NCBI RefSeq assembly: GCF_006345805.1
Contig: NC_043001.1
Location: 74,958,001 to 75,022,000 of the forward strand
Origin: Octopus sinensis
Taxonomy: Eukaryota
Reading direction: 5' to 3'
DNA length: 64,000 bases
Of the stretch, positions 13,001-27,100 are shown in pieces. The notes beneath the pieces were generated by a model. The model was not told where the DNA came from. It saw only the letters and a list, made by a program, of their open reading frames with translations, and did not search any database. Numbering within the stretch: the stretch's first letter is position 1; the number at the start of each line of letters is the position of its first letter. The position numbers and the translations under genes were made by a program.

Positions 13001-16000
13001 AACAACTGAGTGTTACTGACATGAAGGGTTATAAAACAATGTCTCAATAAAATATTCATCTAACTCATTCTAGCATAGAAAAATGAACTTAGAAATAAAC
13101 AGATGATTTTAAATGTTTGGGGTGCACTGAAAAATGAAGTGACAGATAAACCCATATACTATATTTTCTGGCATACAAGTTGACATAGTATATAATGTAA
13201 ATCTATTTATAAATATTCAAACATTGTCACCATCTTTCCAAATCCTGCTACATTTCACATGGAATATTTGATATGAAGTTGTTTTTCTGCATAAGTTAGC
13301 TTGCCACTTTTTGGCTGTAAACTTTGGTCTGAAAAATTTGACTTGTACGTCAGGAAATACGGTAACTGTAACCCTTTAGCATTCAAATTAATTTATCAAA
13401 TGTAATGCTTATTTATCCTTGTTTTAAAAAATTAATCATGTAGTATCTTGTAGCTTCAATATTTTGAAGATGTAATTGTTTATTTTTAGAATGACATTGT
13501 AGGGTAGGTGTGAAAGGCTGGATATGGTTGGTTTGAACATAAAACAGGAAGAATACTTGGGCCAGATGTGGCTGGTTTAAATGCTAAAGAGTTAATGTGA
13601 TGCTTGGCTTTTGTCTGTTATCCTGTTTCTCATGCACTAGAAATTAACATTATTACATGTTATGTGTTCTACATTCAAAGGAGATCTACCCACCCTGAAG
13701 TGGTTGCTGTGACCCCTATGAATTTGCTGGAGGAAGATTGTTCGTTGCATGCTGTGGTTTCAACTGTATCAAGAACTGACCACAAAATGACTTCAATCAT
13801 ATTTGCTGAAGATAAGAGTGAGTCATTATTTTATATTTTGTTTCAAAATGGTTTATTATTGATTGATTGCTGCGAGATGGGCATGATGTGGGTGATGAGA
13901 GGATGGAAGACAGGTGAGTTTGGTTAGGTCTGAGTGGAGGCGGCATGAAATAATCCAGCTCTAAGGGACAGAGGCCATTGTAGTAGCAGTAATAGAGGCA
14001 GTGAGGTGACAGCAGGTCTGAGGGCAAGATATTGGAGTATCATATTTAATGTGTGATTAAATTGAAGGGAACTTGTGTGAGAGCATGATTGAGATAGAAA
14101 AAAATGGATTTTCACTGATAGAACTAAAGCGGCGATGTGGCACAAACGTTAGCACGCCGGGTGAAATGCGTTGTGGTATTTCGTCTGCCGCTGCATTCTG
14201 AGTTCAAATTCCGCCGAGGTCGACTTTGCCTTTCATCCTTTCGGGGTCGATAAATTAAGTACCAGTTACGCACTGAAGTCGATGTAACGGCAGACGAAAT
14301 ACGGCTACGCATTTCACCCGGCGTGCTAACGTTTTTGCCAGCTCGCCGCCTTTTTGGAAACATGTTACTGTTTCACTATCATGGGCCATGTTGTTGACAT
14401 TATCAACTATTGATGTATCACTTCCAACATCTTAAATGTGATAACAGTTTACAATCGCTTCTCTGACACTTGGAGTCCTCTCCTTTCTCAGGTTGAAACA
14501 CTGTGATGTCTCAAAATTCCCTTATCTCAATGAATTGTGTGTTGTGAACACATTGTCTGAATGATATTCTCTACAGACAAAATACAATAGTAATTTGCAT
14601 TTGAATCTGCCAGAAACTGACCCAAGTTGAAAATCTTCAATCAGTTTTGTGTTAATTTGTTTCACCAATTTTAAAAAGCAATGTATTTTATTAACTTCTT
14701 CATTAATTTCAGAATTAATTGAAAAAAAAAAGTGGTAATATTTCAATTGAAATATGATAACAAAAGGGTTAAAGTGATTTAAATTAAAACCTTCCATCAA
14801 GTTTCATGTCATTTTGTGTTGCAAATACTAGCTTCATAGTATCAGTTATTTTACTAAATTCTTCATAGTTTTTATAATTAATCAAAAGAAAGGCAATGTA
14901 TTTCAACAGAAATATTGTGAAACTAAGTTGAATGCCTCATAGTGAATTATTCTTTTTCTTCTTAATTCTCTTAGAGCCTGGTTAGAAAGAAGTCATTTTA
15001 AATTCTTGAAATTGCATGTCCAATTTTGTATCCAAATTTATTTATTTTATTTTTTTCTAAATCTAATTTGTAAAAAAAAACCAATTTATTTTTCAGTATC
15101 AAATGAGGTGTTTCACTGCTATGTTATTGTTGACCTGATATCACGTTTCTCAATCTCCACTACAACTCGACTAATATCTCTTGATGACACTCCTGAAATA
15201 CTTGCAGTTCATGCTTATGATAATGAAGGTAACCTTATACTATTAGGCTTACTATAATTTCATCAGTTTTCTTCTACATTTTCATTTTGTTGCTGATATA
15301 GTAATGTGACACTCTGTCACTTTGTTTTTCTTGTGTACCATGCATGTGATATGGATTTAATATATGAATTAAACAGCTCTTGTTTACTTTAAAACAGAAT
15401 ATCTATTGACATACTTGAGTGATACACAACTTCATAGTATGTCAACAGTCTATTTAATTTGTTAATTATTACTTTTCCTTAACGATACTTGCAGCTTTGA
15501 TTAAAAGATTTTTGCAAATTTATATATTTGTGTTTGTATATAAATATTTCTTTTGTATAGCTTTTGAATGAATTCTTTAATTTTTATCTTTTTCAGAAAA
15601 TGTCTTCACTACTCTGAGTGGTATGGAATTCCACTGGAAATTTTTGCCAAATGGAGACAAAAAATTTTTTGAAGAACAAAATCTTAAGTAAGGTTGTTTC
15701 TTTTCTTTTTTTTTTTTTTTTTTTTTTTTACACTTACTCACCTATACATGAATGTTAGGCATGTATACACTTGCAAAATTTGTAGTCATATACTGGAAAC
15801 CAACATCTTAGGCAGTATGTATGTTACAAGATGAAGATATAATCCTGTATAGATGTACAAATGTAAAATTGATGGTGATATCTATCATATATATATTAGT
15901 AGTTGATAGCTTCTGCTACCTAGGCGACCAAATCTGTAGTAGGGGTGGATGCTCTGAGAATGTAGCTGCTAGAATAAGAATAGCCTGGGCAAAGTTCAGA

Positions 16001-16632
16001 GAGATCCTACCTCTGCTGGCAACTAAAAGCCTCTCGCTCAGTGAAGGGTTGACTGTATGATGCATGTGTGTGAACTGCCATGCTACACGGCAGTGAAACA
16101 TGGGCCATGACTGCTGAGGATATACGTAGGCTTGAAAGAAATGAAGCTAGTATGATTTGCTGGATATGTAATGTCACTGTGCATACATGACAGAGTATAA
16201 GTGCCCTGAGAGAAAAGTTGGACATAAGTATCAAATGTGGAGTGCAAGAGAGACGACTGTGCTGGTATGGTCATGTGTTACACATGGATGAGGACAGCTG
16301 TATGAGAAAGTGCCACACTAACAGTGGAAGGAACCTGTGGAAGAGGTAGACCCAGGAAGACATGGAATGAGGAGGTGAAGCATGACCATCGAACGTTGGG
16401 CCTCACAGAGGTAATGACAGGAGACTGAGACCTTTGGCGATATGCTGTGATTGAGGGGACCCAGCAAATAAAGTGAGATCACAGCTGTGGCGGATGTCAG
16501 TGTTGCATGATCGGCCCATTTAAAAGTACCCTTGGAGCCTGGTGCAGCCCACTGGCTTGCCAGACCTCAGTCAAACCGTCCAACCTATGCTAGCATGGTA
16601 AGCGGACATGAAATGATGATGATGGCGGTGTA

Positions 16633-16664
<32 letters not shown>

Positions 16665-18197
16665 CACGAGGGGTGCTGGAGAGTTCCTGGCTTTGGATAA
16701 AAGAAAATACAGGAGGATCAGTTAATTATGATTTTATTCAACATATTCCCCTCTCATATTCACACACTTATTATAGTGGTCCTTCAGTTTTTCAAAGCCC
16801 TGTAAAAGAACTTGTAAAGTTGGGCTTCCAGCTACACCTTTCATGATGCTCTTAAAGTCAGGAACTTTTCAGCACCTCTTTGTATGTACATACATATGTA
16901 TGTATGCATGGCTGCATGTATGATTCTTTAGGGTTAATGAAAGAAGAGTAAGATCAGTTCCCGTGACATTATTGCAGGACGTCCAAGACTGGTGGAGTTG
17001 AGGAAGGAGGCATAAACCACAGTCTTGTGAGTTGTAGCAGAAAGCAGAACATGAAATTATTGAGTTATCTTCTTCAGACTGTAGACTTGGCATGAATATT
17101 TAATAGAAAGTGGACTCTGTTAATGATACTCAATGGCCAGGTGGTTGTGTTAACTCTTTTGAGATGCCAACTTGCCTGTGATTGCTTTGGAATTATGTTA
17201 CAAACTTCCCTGTTTTAAAGTCATCTAAATTAAAACTTCTTGTCAAAATTACATTTTAATTTATGTTTCAGACACCAGCTTTAATAATATCAAAGTCATT
17301 TTACTAAATTCCTCATTATTTTCAAAATTAATTGCAACCAATGCAGTGTATTTCAATAGAAATAATAATCATCACCATCATCCTTTAATATCCATTTTCC
17401 ATGCTGGCACGGGCTGAACGCTGGACTGCTGCACCAGGTTCCAGTCTGATTAGGTTTGGTTTTGGTGACTTGCTGCCCTTCTCAATGCTGACCACTTTAC
17501 AGTGTGTGCTGGGTGCTTTTAATGTGACACCAACATGAGTGCTTTTTATGTGGCATAAGCACAAGGCTCTTGTAGGCCAATTCCCGTCACCGGGGAATGT
17601 GGTTTAACACTTCTGCTGTGGAGGACAGGTCTTCTTGAGTACAACAAAAGGGTAAAACTAAGCAGTAAGTTATATTTGCCATTAATGGTTTTCTGTACAG
17701 GCATAGCTGTTTGGTAAGAAGATTACTTCTCAACCTCATGTTTTCAGGTTCAGTCCCATTGCATGGCACATTGGGCACGTGTATTTTACTTTAACCTGAA
17801 GCTGGCCAAAGCCTTGTGAGTAGATTTGGTAAATGGAAACTGTAAGAAGTCAGTTATTTATATATATATGTGCTTGAGTCTGTGCATGCATTTGTGTGAG
17901 GCTCCTTGTGTTGACATAACATGATTGTCATAAATAAATGTTATTCAATGTGCTGCAGAAACATGTTTGGTCATGGATAAATATTACTTAGCTTGGAAAT
18001 AAGCAAGGGTGGGCAACAAGAAAAGCATCCTGCTGCCTCAATAAAACTCGGTCTGACCCATGCAAGCATTGGAAAGTGGACGTTAAAGTGATTATTATTA
18101 TTATTATCATTGTTCTGTTCTGTGTCATTTGTGATCACTAAGAATCTTCGATCTAGTCTAATAATTTTTCTTTTGTTTACTATAAAATATATATATA

Positions 18198-18235
<38 letters not shown>

Positions 18236-21200
18236 AAACTGACACAGTCATTTTCCTGACTCTTGTATTCAGCTATAAACACAAACCTGTTTCACTCTAT
18301 ATATAGATATTCAAATTTGTACACTTATTTATTCAATGACAAAATGAGTACAAACCATTAAAAGTAAAAGGAATACAATGAATTTGCAGCTCTATGTGTT
18401 CTGGATCCCACTCAAAATTGCTGGCCTTCTGCCAGAATTGGAAACAGTTTTATTTGTTCCACCAAATGATTTTCCAAAAGATAATTTATCTAATCTACAA
18501 TACTGTTTCTTCTGTTGTGAAAAAACAAAAATAGAATAAATTAGCTTTAGGAAGACATTCATTGACCTTTTATAAGCCTTTTATTCTTCTGTTAAAACAA
18601 TATTCCTTAATATTTAAAGTTTATTTATTTTAGATGTAGTTTTTCTTTAGTCATTATTAAGCTGGTGTTTGTAACAAATTTACAAGATTTTGACTGAAGA
18701 AGGTTATAATTTAGACCACTTTGAAATGGGATGTTTTTGTCATAGAACCATGGGTGTGCTTTGACACGTTGGTATCAAAAGTGTTCATAGCTGTTACTAT
18801 CACCATTTAAAGTCCATTTTCCATGCTAGCATGAGTTAGATATTTCAACCAATTCTGATGAACCCGAGGTTTGTCCAAGCTCCACTATTTCCTTTGGCAT
18901 AGTTTCCATTGGTTGGCCTGTTCAACAGGATGTGGTGGGTTCGAGGACTGTAGTGTGTGCCAGTGTCTACTTTGTTATGCTTTCAACAGGTGGATGCCTT
19001 CCTTATGCCAATCACTTTTCAGAATGTACTTGGTGCTTTTTACATGGTATTGGCACAAGTGATGCACCAAGTAACTCACAAGATGAGCCCTCAATTGATG
19101 TAGATAGTATTATTGAGGGAGGTGGCTTTGTGCCAGATGATGGTAGGCTAAAGTACAACAGAGGGACAGGTCTTAATGGGGATAGCAATTAATGTTCACG
19201 AACAAAAAAAAAAAATAGATTAATGAAATTTTCCTGCATTATTTTGTTTTTTATTTATAAAAATACATGATTATGTCTAAAGAAATATTTTTTATATTGC
19301 AATTTTAAACTAGATTCTTAAAGTTTGAAGATTCTAAATACCAGACCCCACCTCACATATCGCCATTAGAACGAGCTGGAAAAACTGGTGACATTGTCTT
19401 AGTGGAGTCTGTTAAAACTGGCAGTTCTACAGTTGAAGCAACCCTCTTTGACCCAATATATAAAGTAAGTTGTATTTTTGTTTAGTCTTTCCTCTTACAG
19501 TTTGTATTGTTTGTCTTTACTAACTCTTTGATTGATGTGAATGAGATTCGTAAAGAAAACTAGTTATAGTTATTCATCATCATCATTATCATCGTTTAAT
19601 GTCCGTTTTCTGTGCTAGCCACGGGTTGGACGGTTTGACCGGGGTCTAGGAAGCCAGATGGCTGCACTAGGCTCCAGTCTGATCTGGCAGTGTTTCTATA
19701 GCTGGATGCCCTTCCTAACGCCAACCACTCTGTGAGTGTAGTGGGTGCTTTTTATGTGCCTCCAGCACAGGTGCCAGGGGAGGCTGGCAGCGGCCATGAT
19801 CGGTTGGTGCTTTTTACGTGCCACCGGCACAGGTATCACAACTGCTATTGGATTTGAAAAATAATTTTTTTGTCACATTTCTGGTCATAGGTGTGACTCT
19901 GTAGTTAAACTTCCCAACCACATGGTTCCAGGTTCAGCACCACTGCGTGGCACCTTGGGCATGTGTCTTCTGCTATGGCTCCAGATCAACCAAAGCCTTA
20001 TTATATATATTGTTCTTTATGCAGTTTATGTATGTATTGTGTATTGTTTGTGTGTTGGAGTTTCTTTCAATAGTACTTATGTTGTGGACAAAGGAAAGAC
20101 ATGAATAGAGAAGGAATTCTTGAGGGCTGATGTTCTGGAAAGGAGGGATTGAATTTAGTGATCACTGTGGTACCTGCTTGGTTGGATAAGAGGAGGAAAA
20201 ATAAGACAGGAATGTCTTAGTGGAAGTGGTATGATTACAGCCGGCTCAAAGGAACAGAGGTCATTATATTAGCTGTAGAAAAATGTAGAGATGAGACAGC
20301 ATACCTGTGGATCAGAGACTAGAGTGTGTTGGTAGGTGACTTTATACCAATCAGGCAGGTGACTTATTTCTTGACACCATCTTGGATGTTTGTGTATGCA
20401 GCGGCAGAAATATTCTAGATGTGAAAACAATACTCTATTGTTGGAGAGTAGGGGCTCCCCTGAGCTTCCTATAATTGTTGGTGGTTGAAGTATTATTATT
20501 TGTAAGATGGTGAGCTGGCAGAATTGTTAGTATGCCAGGCAAAATGCTTAGCAGCAGAATCATTAATGCATTGGACAAAATGCTTTGTGACATTTCTTCT
20601 GTCTCTTTAGGGGTCAAAGTAATCAGCTTGACCCTCTCTTCCAAATTGTTGTCCTTATGCCAGAATTAGAATATTATTTGTATTTGTTTTATTTGACTAG
20701 TTTTTTGATTAATACTGTTTTTTAACTACCCTGAAACCATCCCATGTTCTATGATAAAAAATTCATGTTTGAGAACAATGGTTCCTAACCTATGGTCTGT
20801 GGACTCCTGGTGGTCCGCAAAGGTAATATTGGGAATCTGTGAACATGTTAAGCTGACAGACCTTTCAATATCTTGGGGTCCTTGATAGCGAAAAGGTTGG
20901 GAACCACTGTTTTAGAATGATCTAAACTAAAATCTTTAATATTTTTTATTAATCTATGTTCCAAACATTGGCTTGTTAATGTCAAAAATTATTTTACTAA
21001 ATTCTTTGTTGCTTTCAAAATTAAATGGAAGCAAAGTGTTTCAACAAAAATATGGTAAAAAAATGTTAATAAGGATGTTATTATTTTACTAAATTCTTTA
21101 TTTTCAAAATTAATTGAAATAGAGACAGTGTGTTTCAGTAGAAATATGATAACAAAAGAATTACAATTTGTATGTGTTATTAAAAGAAATGCCAAAGGGA

Positions 21201-22480
21201 TTGACTAATTTTCTCAATTTGTGGAAGTAATGTTTGAGTTTATCAGGCTATGAGTTGCTGGTAGTAAATGATGTAATGAAGAAAAAACACCTAATCTTTT
21301 TTCTCTAAAATTCTTTACTATATTTATGTTCTTGACAAGAGATTTTGCTATTTATTAACTTATGTACCCAGCCTCATTTTAAAGTAGTTCTTTGGGTAGA
21401 GGTAGGGTAAAATTAGCTGCTATATAACTAGAACATGTGGTTATCCTCTTCCTTCCCTCCTCTTCATTATCATCATTTTAACATTTACTTTTCTATGCTT
21501 GCGTGGGTCAATTGAAATCCATTGAAGCAGTCCTTGTAAGACCAGAGGCCCTTCCTGTTACCAACCCTTACCTGTTTCCAAGCAAGGTGATATTTCCCCA
21601 TGACTGGACATGTTTTCACAGAAGGCTAGAAATGAAGTACCTTTCTTGAATGGTAACACTAGTTTATAACTATCTCATGATGTCAAGACAAGAAGACACT
21701 AACACACACACACACACACACACCACAGAATTCTTTCAGTTTCCATTTAACCAATCAACTCACAGGGTATGATCAAATTGGGACTATAATCATTTCTACT
21801 CTAGGCACAAGGCCCGGAATTTTGGGTGTGGGGAGGACAGTCAATTAGATCGACCCCAGTACACAACTGGTACTTAATTTATTGACCCCGAAAGGATGAA
21901 AGGTAAAGTTGACCTCGGCGGAATTTGAACTCAGAATGTAAAGATGGACGAAATACCGCTAATGTTTCTGCCAGCTTGCCGTCTTCAAATTTGGGCTATG
22001 ATAGAAGAGATTTGCTCATGTTGCTATGCAGTAGGACTGAACCTGAAACCACATGGTTGAGAAGGAAATTCATTAACCACACAGCCATGTATGCACCATA
22101 TTATTTTATGAATTTATTTTTGCCTTTTGTCTTATTCTTTTACTATATATTTTAATTTCAATATCACTGTTTTCCATAGTATTACATATGTACCATTTGA
22201 AATTCTTTGTAAATCTTTTCCAGAATGTTCCCCCTGCCACGGTGAGTTTGACGGTGATTGCCAACTTGATGATTAACCCTCCTAGTGTACACGTGTTGGT
22301 TCATGGCAAAGTCTTTTATAAACTGGAACAAATCAGGCAGAATGTCATTACTCGTAAGTAACTTTTTATCCCACTTCCCATTCACTACATTCACTCTTCA
22401 GTCCTACCTCCTCTCTCCCATACTCTCTGAAACACTCACCTACCTTGTAACATGGGAGGCCACCCTGATACCTTATCACC

Positions 22481-22513
<33 letters not shown>

Positions 22514-22841
22514 TGAGACCCCCTTCAGTCATGACTGACCATCGGATAGCACCTAGAAAGTTACCCTTCCAGGCACAAGTCCGGGCAAGGTTGTTTATGG
22601 AAGACCAGCAGTTGCCCATGCATACTGGCCTCCCCTCTCCACGCCACCAGTGTTATCCAAGGGAAAGGCAACGGCCGGTACAGCTTGGCACCTGTGACGT
22701 CGCAACTCATTTTTACAGCTGAGTGAACTGGAGCAACATGAAATAAAGTGTCTTGCTCAAGAACACAACACGCAGCCCAGTCCGGGATTCGAGCTCATAA
22801 GCTCGACGCTCTAACCACTGAGCCGTGCGCCTTCATAACCT

Positions 22842-22887
<46 letters not shown>

Positions 22888-24088
22888 TTATATATATATA
22901 TGTATGTATATATGTATGTATATATATATATATATATGTATGTATATATGTATGTATGTATAGATTATGAGAGGTAATGGTGTCAATAAGACCCAAAGGT
23001 GTCAGGTAATGCTGAGTAAGTGCTATGTATATGTATATTTTGTCACTTTCCTGCTCTACCTGACCATTTCCATCCTTCTAAAATGTGAGTAGCCGTGTTG
23101 CCTCTTTACACCAAAGAACCTGTTCTGTGGCCCCTTCTCTTATATTTTTGCTTCACATCTTCAGGCATAAAGCTGTCCCTTGGAGTTGGTAGTCTTGCAA
23201 GCTCTATGGCGACTTCACTGTTGCTGGTGGCCTGCTAAATGCACTCATTACTTGTTGTGAAGTGGTTGGTGTTAGGAGGGGCATCAATTTGTAGAAACTG
23301 TGCAGATACTGAAGTACAATGTAGTCCTTAGATTTATTGGATAAAAGATCCAGCCCATGATAGCTAGCCATAGAACATGGACATTAAATGATGATGGTGG
23401 TAATAACTACTTTCTTTTGCACAATTTTGCTCTGTTTTGCTCTATGTTTAATGTTAGCGTGGTACTCTCTGGAAGTCATCATCATTTAACATCTGCTCTC
23501 CATGCTGGCATGGGTTAGACATGGAGCTGATGAGCCGGAGAGCTGCACTAGGTTCCAGTCTGATTTGGCATGGTTTCTACAGTTGGATGCCCTTCCTAAC
23601 GCCAACCACCCCAGGAGTGTAATGGGTGCTTTTACATACCATTGACATGGGTGTCATCTATATGACACTGGCAACAATCATGACTATGATTTGTGGATGG
23701 ATGCCATTTACATGGCATTAGTAGTGACCCACACATTTCATGGGTGCCATTTGCATGGCACCAGCAATGACTACAACCAACGACCATGATTCCTGAGGTG
23801 CCAATTTACATGGCACCATTGATGGCCATGACTATGATGTACAGGTGTCATTTACATGGCACCGGCCACGATGATTCACAGGTGCCATTTACAATGGTAC
23901 CATCAACGACCATAACTACGATGCATGGGTGTCATTAACTTGGCACCAGCAGCGAACAACCATGACACTGATGCATGGGTGTCATTGGCATTTAGGACTG
24001 TCAGCTTATCCTATTTCTGATAGGTTTCTCATAATGTATGATAATTCATGGACAGAGGAAGAAGACATCCATTCTATATCAGTGTATA

Positions 24089-24119
<31 letters not shown>

Positions 24120-27100
24120 GCCTCACTGACATAGCTGTGTGGTTGAGAAGTTCACTTTCTAACCACATGGTTTCAAGTTCAGTTCTGCTGCATAACATAT
24201 TAACATATTGAGCAAATGTTTTCTACTATAGTCCTGGACCAACCAAAGCCTTTTGAGTGAATTTGGTACATGGAAACTGAAAGATGCTGGTCCTCTGTGT
24301 GTGTCCCCCGGTTCCGTCCATACTACCAAGTATAGTGGTTGATTAACCACTATACTGGAAGCTGACTGGATAATGATTATGTGGAGCTCTAACTCATATA
24401 CAGTAGTAGTTGTAAATCTAACTGGACACTCACTTTGTGTGTGTGTATACGTGTATGTGCACATGTATATCTATGCATGTATAAGTGTGTATATGTGTGT
24501 GTATGTATAAGTGATGTGTATATAGCTTTTATTTTTATCTTTTATTTGTTTCAGTCATTTGACTGCAACCATGCTGGGGCACTGCCTTGAAGGGTTTTTA
24601 GTTGAACAAATTGACCCCAGGACTTATATCTTTTAAAGCCTGGTACTTATTCTATCGTTCTCTTTGGTCAAACTGCTAGGTTACAGGGATGCAAACACAC
24701 CAACACTGGTTGTCAATCAGTGGTGGGGGACAAACAAACGCAAAGGCACATGCAGAGATATATCTTTTGATCTTTTACTTGTTTCAGTGATTAGACTGCA
24801 GCCATGCTGGGGCACTGCCTTGAGTCTTTAGTTGAATGAATCAACTTCAGGACTTATTTTTTTAAGTTTGATACTTATCCTATTGGTCTCTTTTGCTGAA
24901 CTGTTAAGTTATGGAGATGTAAACACACCAACACCAGTTGTCAAGCAGTGGTGGTTGGACAAATACAGATACAAAATCACACACACACACGATGGGCTTC
25001 TTTCAGTTTCTGCCTACCAAATCCACTCAAAAGGCTTTGGTCAGCCTGAATTTATAGCAGAAGATGCTTGCTGAATGTATCAGGCTTTAGAACTGAACCC
25101 AGAACCATGTGGTTTGAGAAGCCAACCATGCCTGTGATTATATATATGTATATATAACTGAAAGAAGCCTGTTGTATATATATATATATATGTATACAAC
25201 AGGCTTCTTTCAGTTTCTGTCTACCAAATTCACTCACAAGGTGTTGGTTGGCTTCTGTCAACCAAATCCACTCATAAAAAAGACACTTGCCCAAGGTGCC
25301 ATGCAGTAGGACTGAACCCAGAACTATGTAGTTGGGAAGCTTCTTACCACACAGCCATATCTGTTTGTGTGTGTGTCTATGTATGTATGTCTATATGTAC
25401 TTTATTAATGTCATAATATGACATTAATAAAAAAAAAATAGCTTTTAGTGCTGCTTGATAAATTATATTTTTCCACTTGACATTCCTTTAATTTTTGGCA
25501 TTCCAATGCAACATTGTATTTCTGTTTTCTACTTCAGGAATTTATTTGCCTTCTCCACAATATTACATGGAAGTTGTCAAACCAGACATCTGTTCATTTA
25601 ATCCGGAAACCTCAGAAGCTGAAGCAATTAGTTTTGGTTCCACTGAAATTGTTTTACGAGACCGAAGTATCCTTTCATATATTTATTTCATATACGAGAA
25701 TGGGCTGAAAAGTTAATAGGCTGACAATGAAGGAGTGATGCTAAAGCTGTGGAATCAGTCATACATTAATTTCAACCCTTCTTATTAGTAACTCATTGTT
25801 TCTTTCCAGATAAGCTAACATCTGACTGTTCAGAAAGACTTAAAAATTAGTAGTGACTTTTCTTGAAAATGGAAAAAATTTAGCATCATGATGTTAACAA
25901 GTACCTGCTGAAAATAGGTTTAGTCCCCAACAACATTCATGCTGACATGGTTGTTACATTAGGGGATGATACTTGTATATATCTACCATTATTTAACATC
26001 TGTTTTCCATGCGGGTATGGGTTGGATCACTGGTGTGGGTTATACTTATAGGAGGGACGGTGGAAAAATTCCTGCTTTAAGAGTGTTGTGAAAGGCCTGG
26101 TTGGAGGCCCAACCTTCTGAATACTTTTACAGGGCTTAGAAAACCAGAAGGACCGCTGCAATGAGTGTATGAATCTAATAGGGGAATCATCATCATCATC
26201 ATCATAGTTTGACGTCTGCCATCCATGCTGGCATGGGTGGGACCTCATGTTGGATAAAATCATAATTAACTGATCCTCCTGTATTTTCTTTTACCTGAAG
26301 CCACGAACTTTTCAGCTCCCTGCTCTATATAATATGGAATAACCATATATCTCTTCATGTTTGAGAAAATTTGGCAAATCTCCTACTTTCTGGTGGTTCC
26401 ATTGTTAACTACATAACTATTTTATATAGTTTGTTACTGCTCCCTCTTTCTTTCTAATTTTTCCAGGCCTGTCTTTTAGCTTTTATGGCTCTGTCTGCAG
26501 TACTATTCCACCACAAAGTTACTTTCTCTCTGACTGAGACATCCCAGCCATAGATCTGGTCTGCATTCTTCAACAGTTGTCCTGTAAGGACTCCCAATTG
26601 TCTTCTATTATAAATCTCAGTACAAAAGGTGGGAAACTCAGTTTGACTCCTTTTTATTGTATTATCCACTTTAGTTTCTTGATGTGTGTTATAGACACAT
26701 CATTGTCTTTTAAAGTCTATGTTCCATTCTGGTATAGGATGAACAATTTGACAGGATCCAGTGGTTCTGAAGACACCATCATGCACCAATGTCTGCTGCA
26801 AATTATATTTTAGTGAGGGACAGTCAGGCTTCTTTATATCCTCTGAATATAAAATGTTATATACCACTGAACATTACCTCAGTAAATTTAGCATCTTTGT
26901 AGACCCACTCTGATGTCTGTGTCATTGTTGGGGGGAAATTTGGATGCAATATTAATGTGATGCTGCTTCTGTGTCTTCTGGATATCATGGGAACGACACA
27001 AGATGTATGTGTCATACATTTGTATACATATATATTGCTATTCATAACAGTATGTGTGTTTAGTATGTATATTATTTGTTGTGTATTGACGTTTCTTTCA

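Noticed and set aside
23647-23990. CRISPR array
   Set aside because: Repeats are degenerate, linkers are homologous to each other, the context is a eukaryotic intron and there are no cas genes
24329-24356. 12-bp hairpin (also one at 53637-53662)
   Set aside because: Short and isolated; no terminator role expected in a eukaryotic intron
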